Of a stretch of 64,000 nucleotides of DNA, positions 13,307-24,670 are shown one piece after another (the stretch's first letter is position 1; each line of letters opens with the position of its first letter). The position numbers were made by a program, and so were the translations under genes. This stretch comes from Octopus sinensis. Lineage: Eukaryota. The stretch is taken from NCBI RefSeq assembly GCF_006345805.1, contig NC_042999.1:43834001-43898000 (forward strand). The letters are read 5' to 3'. The notes under the pieces were generated by a model, which saw nothing but the letters and a program-made list of their open reading frames with translations, was not told the origin of the DNA and did no database searches.

Positions 13307-13385
13307 TTATATATATACATATATATATGTATGTATATATATTATATATATATATGTATATATACATATACATATATATTGTATG

Positions 13386-13416
<31 letters not shown>

Positions 13417-13503
13417 ATGCATATATGTATATATGCATATGTATATATATGTATATATATATGTATGTATATATAGTATGCATATATATATATATATATA
13501 TAC

Positions 13504-13544
<41 letters not shown>

Positions 13545-13740
13545 TGTATGTATATACATACATATGTATATACATATATGTATGTATATGTATATATATG
13601 CATATATATATATATGTATATATGAATGTATATGTATGTATGTATATGTATGTATGTACGCACACATACGTACATATATATGCACACACACACACACACA
13701 CACACGCACGCTTACACACACACACACATACACACGCGCG
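13255..13740. repeat. Compound TA/TG/CA microsatellite
   Basis: Direct reading. Source of the YI/HT ORFs in the track. Confidence 0.95.
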
Positions 13741-13909
13741 CGCACGTCACCTGAGAAAATTTTTGCCGACACGTGTAAGATTATTGATCCAATAATCTAC
13801 ATTGACCCGAATTTCACCCAAAATGACTAACTCCAATCCCGTCACACCCACACCTCTTAACGAAAGCTGATTTCGTTTCCCCAAACATAATAAGTGACTT
13901 TATTACCAC

Positions 13910-14030
13910 TAGGACGGCGGAGTGGATTGGCTTAAGCATTAGAGCGTCGAACAAAATGCTCCGCAGCATCTTTTCTAGTTCTTCATGTTCTAAGTTCAAA
14001 TTTCGCTGAGGTCAACTTTTCCTTTTCCTT
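13910..14030 (+). mobile_element. Degenerate SINE B 5' part
   Basis: GGACGGCGGAGTGG...TAAGTTCAAATTTCGCTGAGGTCAACTTT. Confidence 0.6.
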
Positions 14031-14034
14031 TACT

Positions 14035-14195
14035 TCCTAACCACATGGTTCCGGGTTCGGTCCCAATGTACCTTCCAACGCAATTATCTTCTACTATAGC
14101 CGCGGACCGATCAAAGCCCTGTGAGTGGATTTGATTGACGGAAATTGAAAGAAGCTCATCGTGTGTGTGTGTGTGTGTTGTGTGTGTGCGTGTGC

Positions 14196-14236
<41 letters not shown>

Positions 14237-14463
14237 GTGTGCTGGGGTGTTGTGCGCGCGCATATGTCTTTGTGTCTGTGTTTGTTCCACACTTGATAAT
14301 TAGTGTTAGTGTATTCACGTTCCCGTAAACTAGCGGTTCGACAATAGAGACCGATAGTGTATATACCAGGTTTTAAAAAATGTACTGGGGTCGATTCGTT
14401 CAACTAAAAAGTCTTCAAGGCGGTGCCCCAGCATGGCGGCAGTCTAATGATTGAAACAAGTAA
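14035..14463 (+). mobile_element. Diverged SINE group A
   Basis: AACCACATGGTTCCGGGTTC...AAGGCGGTGCCCCAGCATGG...GAAACAAGTAA. Confidence 0.8.
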
Positions 14464-14464
14464 C

Positions 14465-14642
14465 AGATAAGATACCAGTGTATACTCGCAATACCAGAGG
14501 GGCCACACTCTCCTACCCTGATGTAATCTCCAGGATACAGGCATCCAGCAACAGACCCTCCGTAATGGATATGGACCGTGAAGTCTGGCGTAGCATGGTA
14601 AATTCCATTGTCTCGACCACGGTCGAACAATGATGATGATGA
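14465..14642 (+). mobile_element. RTE-like LINE 3' end with (GAT)n tail
   Basis: ORF ...TLSYPDVISR...MDREVWRSMVNSIVSTTVEQ* followed by TGATGATGATGA. Confidence 0.65.
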
Positions 14643-14690
<48 letters not shown>

Positions 14691-14716
14691 ATATATATAA
14701 TATATATATATATATA

Positions 14717-14907
14717 TACCTCGTGTGTACCGTTGGCATTTTATTCCTCTGTCTTCCCTTCTCTGGATCTTTTTTCCCTTGTTTCCACGAAGAGCTCCGC
14801 TCGAAACGTTAACCCTCCTTCTTTCCTTCTTCTCCTGAGCATCCAATAATACTATATTTGTCCACGTCCTCGCGTTGTTGTGTTTTTTTGTGCTTTCTTG
14901 TTTGGAT

Positions 14908-14915
<8 letters not shown>
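14717..14915 (+). mobile_element. PLE-tail-like short element with degenerate HHR (family F3)
   Basis: Highly similar to 23572-23772. Core reads CCACGA (G5 lost), then AGAGCTCCGCTC GAAAC GTT. Confidence 0.7.
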
Positions 14916-14942
<27 letters not shown>

Positions 14943-15175
14943 TATATATATATATTATATATATATATATATAGTATATATATATATATTGTCCTGTAAT
15001 CTATTTTTTGTGTTGTTTTTAAATATATGTCCAGTTCCTTTGGTTTGTGTCTATGTTTTCGTTCTCATTGTGTTCGACGTCCTTTTGGTGTCTTGTACTC
15101 ATATATGCTGTATATATACATGTAGAGGTAGGTACGTACATATATGTTTATATTATGCATATGTTTTATTTATTA

Positions 15176-15225
<50 letters not shown>

Positions 15226-15532
15226 TGCATGTGTGTATGTTTATGCATGTGAGTGAGTATATATCTGTTTAGATAAGATTTGTTTCTGTACTTTTGTATG
15301 TCGCCGAGGTCGACTCTGCGTTTCATCCTTTCGGGGTCAATAAAATAAGTACCAGTTCAGCAATGCGGTGGATACCCTTGACTAACCTGGCCCTCCAAAA
15401 TTTCAAGCCTTGTGCCTACAGTAGAAAGGATTATAAAAGGGCAGTCTTTCTAGAAACTAGTCAGATCGATTCAGTTAAACCTAACATGAGCAACAATAAT
15501 AGTTACTACTACTATTTTACTATTTACTATCT

Positions 15533-15729
15533 TACTATTTTACTTGTTTCAGTCATTTGAATGTGGCCATGCTGGAGCACCGCCTATGGTCGAAAATATC
15601 GACTCCCGGACTTATTCTTTGTAAGCCTAGTACTTATTCTGTCGGTCTCTTTTACCGAAACGCTAAGTTACAGGGACGTAAACACACCACCATCGGTTGT
15701 CAAGCGATGTTGGTGGGGACAAACGCGCG

Positions 15730-15772
<43 letters not shown>

Positions 15773-15783
15773 CACACACATAT

Positions 15784-15817
<34 letters not shown>

Positions 15818-15975
15818 ACTACTGGCTTTTTTTCAGTTTCTGTCTACCAAATCCACTCACAAGGGTTTGGTCGGCCCGAGGCTATAGTAGAAGACACTTG
15901 CCCAAGGTTCCACGCAGTGGGACTGAACCCGGAACCCTGTGGTTCGTAAGCAAGCTACTTACCACACAGCCACTC
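15533..15975 (-). mobile_element. SINE group A
   Basis: Reverse complement of consensus. Confidence 0.9.
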
Positions 15976-16237
15976 ACGTTTTGCTTATCTTTATTTGCTT
16001 TCCCTCTCTTTCTCTATTTTTGTTTTTGTGTTTCTGCGTAGTCTCATAGTAACTAACAAGCTGATTTGCTCTGCTGCACTGGGGGAATATGTATAGAATT
16101 GATTTGTTTCGTGCAAGATGTCGCATAAACACAACAAATAATAACTAATCGACGAACAAAATAAATCCTCTCAATATGAAATTTTAACTTCAATCCATAA
16201 TTATTTTGAAAACACGAAAACTTAAAATCATAAAATA

Positions 16238-16775
16238 CAGGGTGTCCCCAACAAATTGGCATCATTTGAAATGTGAACCTCTGAGTAACTACACGTCCGT
16301 GGCAAACGAAATAAAATAGGCTTCATGTTGAACAAAAGACTTATCAAAATTTGAACATGAGACTCCGAGGATGTAGATTTTTTATAACCGATTTCACAAT
16401 GCTTCACAAATGTTCAATATGCGCACCGCCTGTGACACGACACACGTCTAGGCGGTAATCCAGCTCCTGCCAAACACGCTGTAGGATGTCTTACGTAATA
16501 TTCACCAGCTCCTCAGTGATTCTCTGCTTGAGTTCCTCTAGGCTTGTTGGAAGAGGGGGTGATAAAAATTGTCCTTATATATAGCCCCATAGAAAAAAAT
16601 CATAAGGTGTAAAGTCAGGGGAATATGGTGGCCAATTCGATACCACATTGTCATTATCACTGGCATAGCCTAAGCTTAATTTTTATACATTTTGTTAAAC
16701 TCTGAGATCATTTGAGCGAAAATTGGATATGTTATTAAGACAACGAAATGATGTCAATTTTGGAGGGACATCCTG
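16238..16775 (-). mobile_element. Internally deleted Tc1/mariner-superfamily transposon (maT/DD37D-like) with TIRs and TA TSD
   Basis: TIRs CAGGGTGTCCCCAACAAATTGGCATCATTT and CAGGATGTCCCTCCAAAATTGACATCATTT, flanked by TA. Minus strand encodes WPPYSPDFTPYDFFLWGYI...LEELKQRITEE...LQRVWQELDYRLDVCRVTGGAHIEHL*. Confidence 0.85.
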
Positions 16776-17057
16776 TATATAATCATGCAACGAATCCCCG
16801 CTCACGAAAATTACTTGTCTTGTGCCAAAGTTTAAAACAGGATTGTTACTATTACCGTAATACAATATATTGATATTACTGTCAGGTTTGTAAAGGTGAC
16901 ACAGATGGTGACGCGTTGAACAGTAAATTGACTTCGTTGATGAGTGGCCGAGTGAGCTTTGATACTGCATTTTATGCTACGCTTGGTCTGCAGGAAATAT
17001 TACTATATTCAGTTCAATAGACAACAGCTGCTCTATGAGTGAGTGTATGTTTGTTTG

Positions 17058-17103
<46 letters not shown>

Positions 17104-17656
17104 CGCAGATGTGTGTGTGTGCGTGCGTGCGTGCGCAGATGTGTGTATATATGTTATGCGAATCAAATTTACACAGGGTCAAGTAGTCACCAATTGACTG
17201 GTACCCAAATAGCGTAGCCGGCTTTTAATTGACAATTCATTATTACCTTCTACCGACCCTGAAGATTTACACGCAACACCAATATGTATTTAGACACGCA
17301 TACCTATGAATGTATATACATGATTGTAATGTATATAAGAATATTTAACAAAATAAAACAGATATCGGAAACGCGACTTTAATATATTAGCTACACACAG
17401 ACAAAAAGAAAAACATGGAATGCCTTATGTTTCGGTCCTTTTTGTCTTTCATCAGAGAGGAAAAAAGGAAAACAAACGGTAAAACAAGAAGAGAGATAGT
17501 AATATGTGTGTCGGATAAAATGCTTAGCTGTATTTCATTCGTCTTTGCATTCTGAGTTCAAATTTCGCCGGGGTCAACTTTCTAGGTTTTTCTGCAAATT
17601 TGTATGCATGTATGTATGTAGTATGTATGTATGTATGTATGTATGTATACTTGCTT

Positions 17657-18060
17657 TTTATTCTTTTTCCTTGTTTCAGTCATTTGACTGCAACCGTACT
17701 GGCGCATCGCCTTGAAGGGTTCTTAATCGAAGAAATCGATCCCAGGACTTATTCTTTGTTAGCCTTAGTACTTATTCTATCGGTCTCTTTTGCCAAACCG
17801 ATAAGTTACGAGTACCTAAGTACACCAACACCGTTTGTCAAGAAGTGATTGGGAGACAAGCAGATACAAAGACACGCACGTAAATATATACATATATGTA
17901 TATACGATGGGCTTCTTTCAGTTTCCGACCACCTAATCCACTCACAAGGCTTTGGTCGGTCCGAGGCTACAAGTAAAAGACACTTGCCCAAGGTGTCATG
18001 CAGTGGACTGAACCTGGAACCATGTGGTTTGTAAGCAAGCTACTTGCCACACAACCACAC
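17657..18060 (-). mobile_element. Diverged SINE group A
   Basis: Reverse complement of consensus, many substitutions. Confidence 0.8.
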
Positions 18061-18374
18061 CTTAATTAGATACTTGCATAAGTTTCGACCAGAATTGACT
18101 CGGGACATGACTTACTTGATAGCACCACTTGGAAAAGATATTCAATGATGTTTCATATTGCAGTCGTTCTTTTTGACACCATAGGCCATTTGCGCAAAGA
18201 GCTATTGTCGTATCTCCGAGTGTAGGTGATTTGTCTGGAATTTGTTGGAGATCTTCGTCCAGTAACCGTATTTCTCTTATTTGTCTTCGCATGGATGTGA
18301 AAGAGAGGAGGGCTAAGGTAAAATGGTTTTTAGTGTTGTGATAAAATGCATGATTTCTACATATATTTTTGCAT

Positions 18375-18465
18375 ACATACATACATGCATGCATACATAC
18401 ATACATACATACATACATATACATACATACATACATACATACATACATACATACATACATGTATA

Positions 18466-18550
<85 letters not shown>

Positions 18551-18640
18551 GTACAAATATACATATGTATATATACATATACATATATATATATATGCGT
18601 GTGTGTGTGTGTGTACGCACACACACACACACACAGATAC
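18375..18640. repeat. Compound (TACA)n/(TA)n/(GATA)n/(TG)/(CA) microsatellite
   Basis: Direct reading. Confidence 0.95.
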
Positions 18641-18816
18641 TAACAACACACACAAACACTGATATTATCACATACACACATACTGACCATCTTTGCACTT
18701 TCCTGTTTCCCCCGCCCATAAAAACACTTTCGCTATCTCTTTCTGCTTCCGGTCACTTCAGCAATGTAGTTACACACGTCCTGTTGGCGGCTTCTTTTGG
18801 ACTCTTCTCTTTCTTC

Positions 18817-18849
18817 TTTCCGACGAAGAACTATACTCGAAACGTCAAG
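18817..18849 (+). ncRNA. Minimal type I hammerhead-like motif, variant core CCGACGA
   Basis: TTT-CCGACGA-A-GAACTATACTC-GAAAC-GTC-AAG. Weak stems I and II, GUC site. Confidence 0.5.
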
Positions 18850-18873
18850 CTCTCTCTCTTTTCAACCGAGCGT

Positions 18874-18919
<46 letters not shown>

Positions 18920-19150
18920 ATTTCTTTACTACCCACAAGGGGCTAAACACAGAGGGGACAAACAAGGACAGACAAACGGATTAAGTCGATTACATCGACT
19001 CCAGCGCGTAACTGGTACTTAATTTATCGACCCCGAAAGGATGAATGGCAAAGTCGACCTCGGCGGAATTTGAACTCAGAACGTAACGGCAGACGAAATA
19101 CGGCTACGCGTTTCGCCCTGCGTGCTAACGTTTCTGCCAGCTCGCCGCCT
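18920..19150 (-). mobile_element. SINE group B (tail 2), full length
   Basis: TATTTCTTTACTACCCAC...CTGCCAGCTCGCCGCC. Confidence 0.9.
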
Positions 19151-20359
19151 TTATATATATATGTATGTGTGTGTACATGCGCACGCGCGCACACACACAC
19201 ATTCACACACACACACATATTCATCTTACAAATAAATATAGTCAGGAATACATGAATTCCTATTTCCTAGCTTCCTTTCTATGCAAATTAGAAATTTCTT
19301 TATGTAACATGATTTTTATAGAAAAATGTGTGTGTATATGTATATATAAATAAATATATATGTGTGTGTTTGTGTTCTTTAATAAACTACTGCGACCCCG
19401 TTGTATTATGTGTGCTTGTGTGTATTTGTGTGTGTGTGAGTGTGTGTGTATGTGAGTGTGTTGTGTATAAAATGTTTCTTAAAGAAGAAAAAATGTTGTA
19501 TCGATCAAATGATATTATTTATAAATATGAAAAAAGCTCTTAATATATATTTTATTTATATACATACATATATTTATTTATATTATTTATTTACATACAG
19601 TGAAAGGGCGAAGTTCGCAGCTTTCATAATTTGCTTCAACAGCGACATCAGTGCTGAGAAATAAACCTTTCTTTGCGTTATTTTATAATGCATTTTTTTC
19701 ATTTCTTTTTTCATCTTAAAATAAATATATAAATAAAAATAAATATAAAAAATAAAAAGATTGTATATATATATATGTATGCGTATGTATGTGTGGTGTG
19801 TATATATGGAAGCAGTTTGTGCGAGTGCGTGTGTAACGACAATTTATTTTTTGTCATTCCTTTTTTATTGATATTCTTTGTATATTATAAAACATTATAT
19901 ATACATAATTATATTTTGTCGACAACAGTATCCCTCTCTCTTTTTCTTTCTCTCTCTCCCTCACAGACGCGCAAGCACACTCATACAAATGCACTCGCTC
20001 ACACACATACACGATGTACATTCAATATACTTTTACTTACATTGCGTACATTGTAAACGCGCAATTTTATCCATACATTATGAAAAATGTATGGGATAAT
20101 GAAGTGTATGAAAGCGTATGTTTTGCGACTGAGAGCTTTCGAGTTGATAATACTTTTTTTTTATTTATTTGTCGTCGCCTCATTCTCATATGTTCTCCCT
20201 CATTCCACCTACGTAAATATATCCATCTACTTACAAAACATACGCACATTCATATGTGCAATACATACATTTGTGCATGCATACATGTATACATACAAAC
20301 ACATACTCACACACATATTATATACACATAAGCGCATCATTTATGTGTATGTATGTATG

Positions 20360-20393
<34 letters not shown>

Positions 20394-20483
20394 TGTATGT
20401 ATGTGTGTGTGTATGTATATATATATATATATATATATGAATAAATAAATGGAGTTTAACGCAGGTGTAATGAAATATTTTTA

Positions 20484-20567
20484 CTTTCGACACATGTTTC
20501 GAAAATTCCACTGATACTATTCAAAAGAATAAATGGTATAAACAATGCAATCTTCTCCTCAGGAAAG
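20484..20567 (-). ncRNA. Type I hammerhead ribozyme with canonical core, 3' of the PLE ORF (family F1)
   Basis: Minus strand: CUUUC-CUGAGGA-[stem II GAAGAUUGCAUUG...CAGUGGAAUUUUC]-GAAAC-AUGU-GUC-GAAAG. Stem I is 5 bp perfect, with a GUC triplet. Confidence 0.8.
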
Positions 20568-20771
20568 TGAAAAAAACGAAACTCGTCAATAAGACATTTT
20601 AGCAAAAAAATGATGGATTTGTATAGCGATTGACAGAACGCTATTAATATTGTTTAAAAAAACGTTATATGATATAACGTCATAAGTAGCTAACAGAAAG
20701 AGTAGGGATATTAATAGTGAATGTTAAAATATAAAGGAAATTAAAGTTTAAATTATATATAATGATAGAGA

Positions 20772-21655
20772 CTACTTATATGCACTAAATGTATGTTTTT
20801 GCCAATGCTTACATCTGTATGCTCGCTCTATAACCGTGTTTACTAGAGTATTTTTAGAAAAAATAATGAAAAATAGCTCAGAATTGCGGAGAAGACAGAA
20901 TTTCTTGCCTTTGTCATATGGTATCGAAATTGAGAGAATCAACCATTCTAAATGAAATTGTTCATTGTGGTCTTTTAAATCCCAAATCAGTTTGCTGAGA
21001 CCGGTACTATTCCGTTTATTTCTATCCCTAAATGTTGAGTAATGGATAGAAATTCTTTTAGATAACTCTAACGATGTGCTTCCAATGTAAAATCGTACTT
21101 TATTACGAGTACTGATTATACACTGGTATATAGAATTTTTAATCTTAGAGTTACTTGACATAAACTTATTCTATTGGAATTGACTTCAGATACAGTAACC
21201 TTGTTATTAATATTTCTAGAGGGTTGGATGGTATTAGCTAAATTAATGTTAGTATTAGTAAATGTATTAATATTTAACAGTTTGTTATTATGAGAAGAGA
21301 TAATTTGCAAGAGATTTTTTGTGTTTGAAAAACCTATCCTAACCTTATGTGAATTGATAATAGAGTAATATCTAGAATTGTTTGGATCATTCCTAGCAAT
21401 AGCTTGACGAAACAGCAGTGGGAGATTAGATTTAATTTGTCTCCCGTAAGGAATTATTAACCAAATATTTTTACTAGTATTCATAGCGTAATTACTTTTG
21501 AAGGTGTTATATTTACTTTTAGATCGATAATAGGGGATTAAATAAGGGTTATCTGCCTTCATTCGCTTTGTATCGGTGCGTAAGTTATGTTTGTTATCAA
21601 TAATTCTTTTACGACTAGAAATCTTATCTACATTATTGAATTTACAATTAGACTG
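20772..21655 (-). pseudogene. Penelope-like element fragment: linker plus GIY-YIG endonuclease, frameshifted, RT missing
   Basis: ORF 21116-21763 has IWLIIPYGRQIKSNL...KVRIGFSNTKNLLQIISSHNNKLL (PLE IWFNPP...IISSHNKK linker). ORF 20772-21161 has NSIYQ...FYIGST...KRISIH...LSKLIWDLK...CLL..E...LVN..E...CKH (GIY-YIG). Confidence 0.85.
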
Positions 21656-21664
21656 AGCCGATAT

Positions 21665-21942
21665 ATGTGAGTAGATTTGGTAGACGGAAACTAAAAGAAG
21701 CCCATCGTATTTATGTATGTATATATATGTATGTTTGTGTGCCTGTGTTTGTCCCCCCAACATCGCTTGACAACCTATACTGGTGTATTTACGTCCCCGT
21801 AACTTCGCGGTTCAGCAAAAGAGACTGATAGAATAAGTACTAGACTTACAAATATAAGTTCATGGGGTCGATTTGCTCGACTAAAGGCGGTGCTCCAGCA
21901 TGGCCACAGACACATGACTGAACCAAGTGAAAGAGTAAAAGA
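21665..21942 (+). mobile_element. SINE group A, 5'-truncated
   Basis: Starts at TGTGAGTAGATTTGGTAGACGG and ends GTAAAAGAG. Confidence 0.85.
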
Positions 21943-22107
21943 GATATAAGGTATGAGAGGTATTGGTGTCAGGTAATGCTGGGTAAGTGCTATGGACAGA
22001 CTATATATAGTTAAGCTCCAGGTTCGATAATGATACGAATGAGGAGTCCAACTTAGGCTGTGTATTAAGCATATATAAGAATTAACAGGTAAACATTTTC
22101 TCGCACC

Positions 22108-22155
22108 GTCTCTGATGAAGGGATATATAAAATATCCCGGGAACAGCTGTAAGAC
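22108..22155 (+). ncRNA. Type I hammerhead-like motif with GAAA box mutated (family F5)
   Basis: GTCT-CTGATGA-A-GGGATAT/ATATCCC-GGGAAC-AGCT-GTA-AGAC. Perfect stems I and II, palindromic stem III. Confidence 0.65.
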
Positions 22156-22509
22156 CTTCTCTTTATAAATGTTCTGAAAACTATTCACAACCTTTGATTT
22201 TTGGTCTCATTCTGTTAATTGATATATATATAGCAATAATTAATATTATCAAAGGGTAATCGGAAATACTAGAAATTTCCATTACCAGTGGCCTAGCGTG
22301 TAAAACTTTAGTCAATAGACTATATATTATTCATATAAATACAGTGTACATTTAAACACATAAGAGGTAGCCATCATAGGACTGCCAGCATATTTATTTA
22401 CTGGCGACAGGAAGCTGCGCTTGCGCGGCACATTTAAAAAGTTAGAATGTGTAAGCACGGGGCATATACTGGATTGCCTCGTGTATATATATATTTAATC
22501 TAAGGTGTA

Positions 22510-22582
22510 CCTGCTGAAGAAAGCTTCGCCTAGCAAATTATTTTATTTGCTAAAAGAAAAAGTCTGAAAACATTGGTCCAGG
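22510..22582 (+). ncRNA. Type I hammerhead-like motif (family F6)
   Basis: CCTG-CTGAAGA-AAGCTT..TAGCAAAT/ATTTGCTA..AAGTCT-GAAAAC-ATTG-GTC-CAGG. Perfect 4-bp stem I, one extra A in the GAAA box. Confidence 0.65.
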
Positions 22583-22740
22583 AGTTAGATGGTAAATGTT
22601 TTTATTTTTCATTCCTTTCGATTTTTATCCCTAATAGTGGTTCGGAATTTAACTGTCCTCTCTAGCGTGTAGGTAGTCCTATCATAGCTACTTCTTATGT
22701 GTTTAAATGTACACTGTATTTATTTATTTATTTATATATA

Positions 22741-22778
<38 letters not shown>

Positions 22779-22784
22779 TATAAA

Positions 22785-22948
22785 TAAGAATTTTTTGCGT
22801 AATAAGATAAAAAACCAAGGCTGTACAGATATTAGAGCATTATAGATATAAGAGCTGTATAGATATTAGAGCATTTATATCTATCTATAAATGCTATAAT
22901 ATCTATACAGCCTTGGTTTTTTTTAACTTATTATGCAAAAAATTCTTA
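22785..22948. repeat. Fold-back (inverted repeat) element, arms ~58 bp
   Basis: TAAGAATTTTTTGCGTAATAAG...AGCATT is the near reverse complement of AATGCT...TTATGCAAAAAATTCTTA. Confidence 0.85.
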
Positions 22949-23086
22949 TATACACACGCTGACATAGAACCAACGTTGAACCCTTTATTCGCTACAATAC
23001 TGAATCTGATTGTCTGTCTACAGCACTTATTCAGCATTACCTGACACCTTTGGGTCTCAATGACACCCTTATCTCTTATAACCTCA

Positions 23087-23140
<54 letters not shown>

Positions 23141-23142
<2 letters not shown>

Positions 23143-23541
23143 CGCAGGAGTGGCTGTGTGGTAAGTAGCTTGTTTACCAACCACATGGTCCCGAGTTCAG
23201 TCCCACTGCGTGGCACCTTGGGCAAGTGTCTTCTACTATAGCCTCGGGCCGACCAAAGCCTTGTGAGTGGATTTGGTAGACGGAAACTGAAAGAAGCCCG
23301 TCGTATATATGTATATATATATGCGTGTGTGTGTGTGTGTCTGTGTTTGTCCCCCTAGCATTGCATGACAACCGATGCTGGTGTGTTTATGTCCCCGTTA
23401 CCTAGCGGTTCGGCAAAAGAGACCGATAGAATAAGTACTGGGCTTACAAAAAGAATAAGTCTCGGGGTCGAGTTGCTCGATTAAAGGCGGTGCTCCAGCA
23501 TGGCCGCAGTCAAATGACTGAAACAAGTAAAAGAGTAAAGA
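23141..23541 (+). mobile_element. SINE group A, full length, near consensus
   Basis: GGCGCAGGAGTGGCTGTGTGG...GTAAAAGAGTAAAGAG. Confidence 0.92.
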
Positions 23542-23542
23542 G

Positions 23543-23571
<29 letters not shown>

Positions 23572-23574
<3 letters not shown>

Positions 23575-23772
23575 ACCGCGTGTGTACCATTGGCGATTTT
23601 TTTCCTCTGTCTTCTCTTCTCTGGATCTTTCCTTCTCCTATGTTTCCGACGAAGAGCTCCGCTCGAAACGTTAAACCCTCCTTCTTTCCTTCTTTCCCGA
23701 GCGTCCAATAATACTATATTTGTTCCACGTCCTCGCGTTGTGTTTTTTGTGCTTTCTTGTTTGGATTAACTA
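23572..23772 (+). mobile_element. PLE-tail-like short element containing minimal HHR at 23642-23676 (family F3)
   Basis: GTTT-CCGACGA-A-GAGC(TCC)GCTC-GAAAC-GTT-AAAC. Perfect stems I and II, palindromic ACGT stem III. Second copy at 14717. Confidence 0.75.
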
Positions 23773-23829
23773 TATATATATATTCATACATACGCACAAA
23801 TACGCACTTGTACATATATAAATAGATAC

Positions 23830-23970
23830 AAGGAACTGACGCATTCTGTCAATTGTGAGGAGTGTTCCAGTCGATCCCCGCTCAACGGAACAGCCTACTC
23901 GAGAAATTAGTGTGAAAGCGGCTCAGCACTCCACGGACACGCGTACCCTTACTTAGCGTTGTTCTCAGGA
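23830..23970 (-). mobile_element. Degenerate SINE tail X fragment
   Basis: Reverse complement of GGGTACGCGTGTCCGTGGAGTGCTGAGCC...GGCTGTTCCGTTGA, shared with 37330-37440. Confidence 0.6.
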
Positions 23971-24004
<34 letters not shown>

Positions 24005-24012
<8 letters not shown>

Positions 24013-24340
24013 GATATAGGATAAAATTTTTTTCGGGAAAAATTTTTTATCAATGGCCAGCATATCAAAAAATGCCTTTAAAGGTAAAATTTATACATAA
24101 TTTACAAGGTAAGGGCAGAAGAAAAATTCTAATGCCAGATACGCCGAAAACAAAAAATTATCGATAACCATTAAATTTATGCGTCTCGAAACAAACCGAT
24201 AGAAACCTTTAAAAAATTCGTTATTACCGTATTGGTCCAATTTCGGGGTTAATTCACAAGAAATTTTCCCCTCTTCAGCGGCTCATACGCGTATCTGGCA
24301 TTAGAATTTTTCTTCTGCCCTTATCTTGTAAATTATATAT
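24005..24340 (-). mobile_element. Fold-back element with intact type I HHR at 24226-24282 (family F7)
   Basis: 50-bp inverted repeat, 24094-24143 vs 24289-24339. Minus strand: GCCG-CUGAAGA-GGGG..CCCC-GAA-AUUGG(A)CCAAU-A-CGGU. Confidence 0.75.
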
Positions 24341-24350
24341 ATATATATAT

Positions 24351-24670
24351 ACTAACAGTATCGCCCGGCGTTGCTCAGGTTTGTTTCGACCTTTTAGAAT
24401 TGGAATTTTTGAAAAGTAAAATTTTGCATTATGTAGCTAGTTAGTTTTCTGACATTTTTCTGGTTGAAATGCACCGAGAAATGGCAACACAGCAGTCAAA
24501 AAATCGTAAATAATATGAATTTTCATAGAAAAAAAAAGCACCTTTTTGATGTAAATAATTTTTGGTCTTAACATGGTCCGATTTGAATTTTATCTTCTAC
24601 GGAATGAAGAGCCAGCCTTCTATCATACTCTCAATTTTGGTCAACTTGCGCCGCAGGGTCTCGGAGAAGA
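24351..24670 (+). mobile_element. Non-autonomous Helitron/Helentron-like (HINE/Lep1-type) element
   Basis: Starts ACTAACAGTATCGCCCGGCGTTGCTC. The 3' part CTATCATACTCTCAATTTTGGTCAACTTGCGCCGCAGGGTCTCGGAG resembles DINE-1/Lep1-type termini (recall-based inference). Confidence 0.45.

Noticed and set aside
13171-13830. Many long ORFs rich in YI/HT/MYVC (also 18062-18984, 26761-27559, 27783-28190)
   Set aside because: Translations of TA/CA/TACA microsatellites that lack stop codons; no coding evidence.
23141-23215. tRNA-like heads with A/B boxes
   Set aside because: No complete cloverleaf, and they continue into SINE bodies. They are SINE promoters, not tRNA genes.
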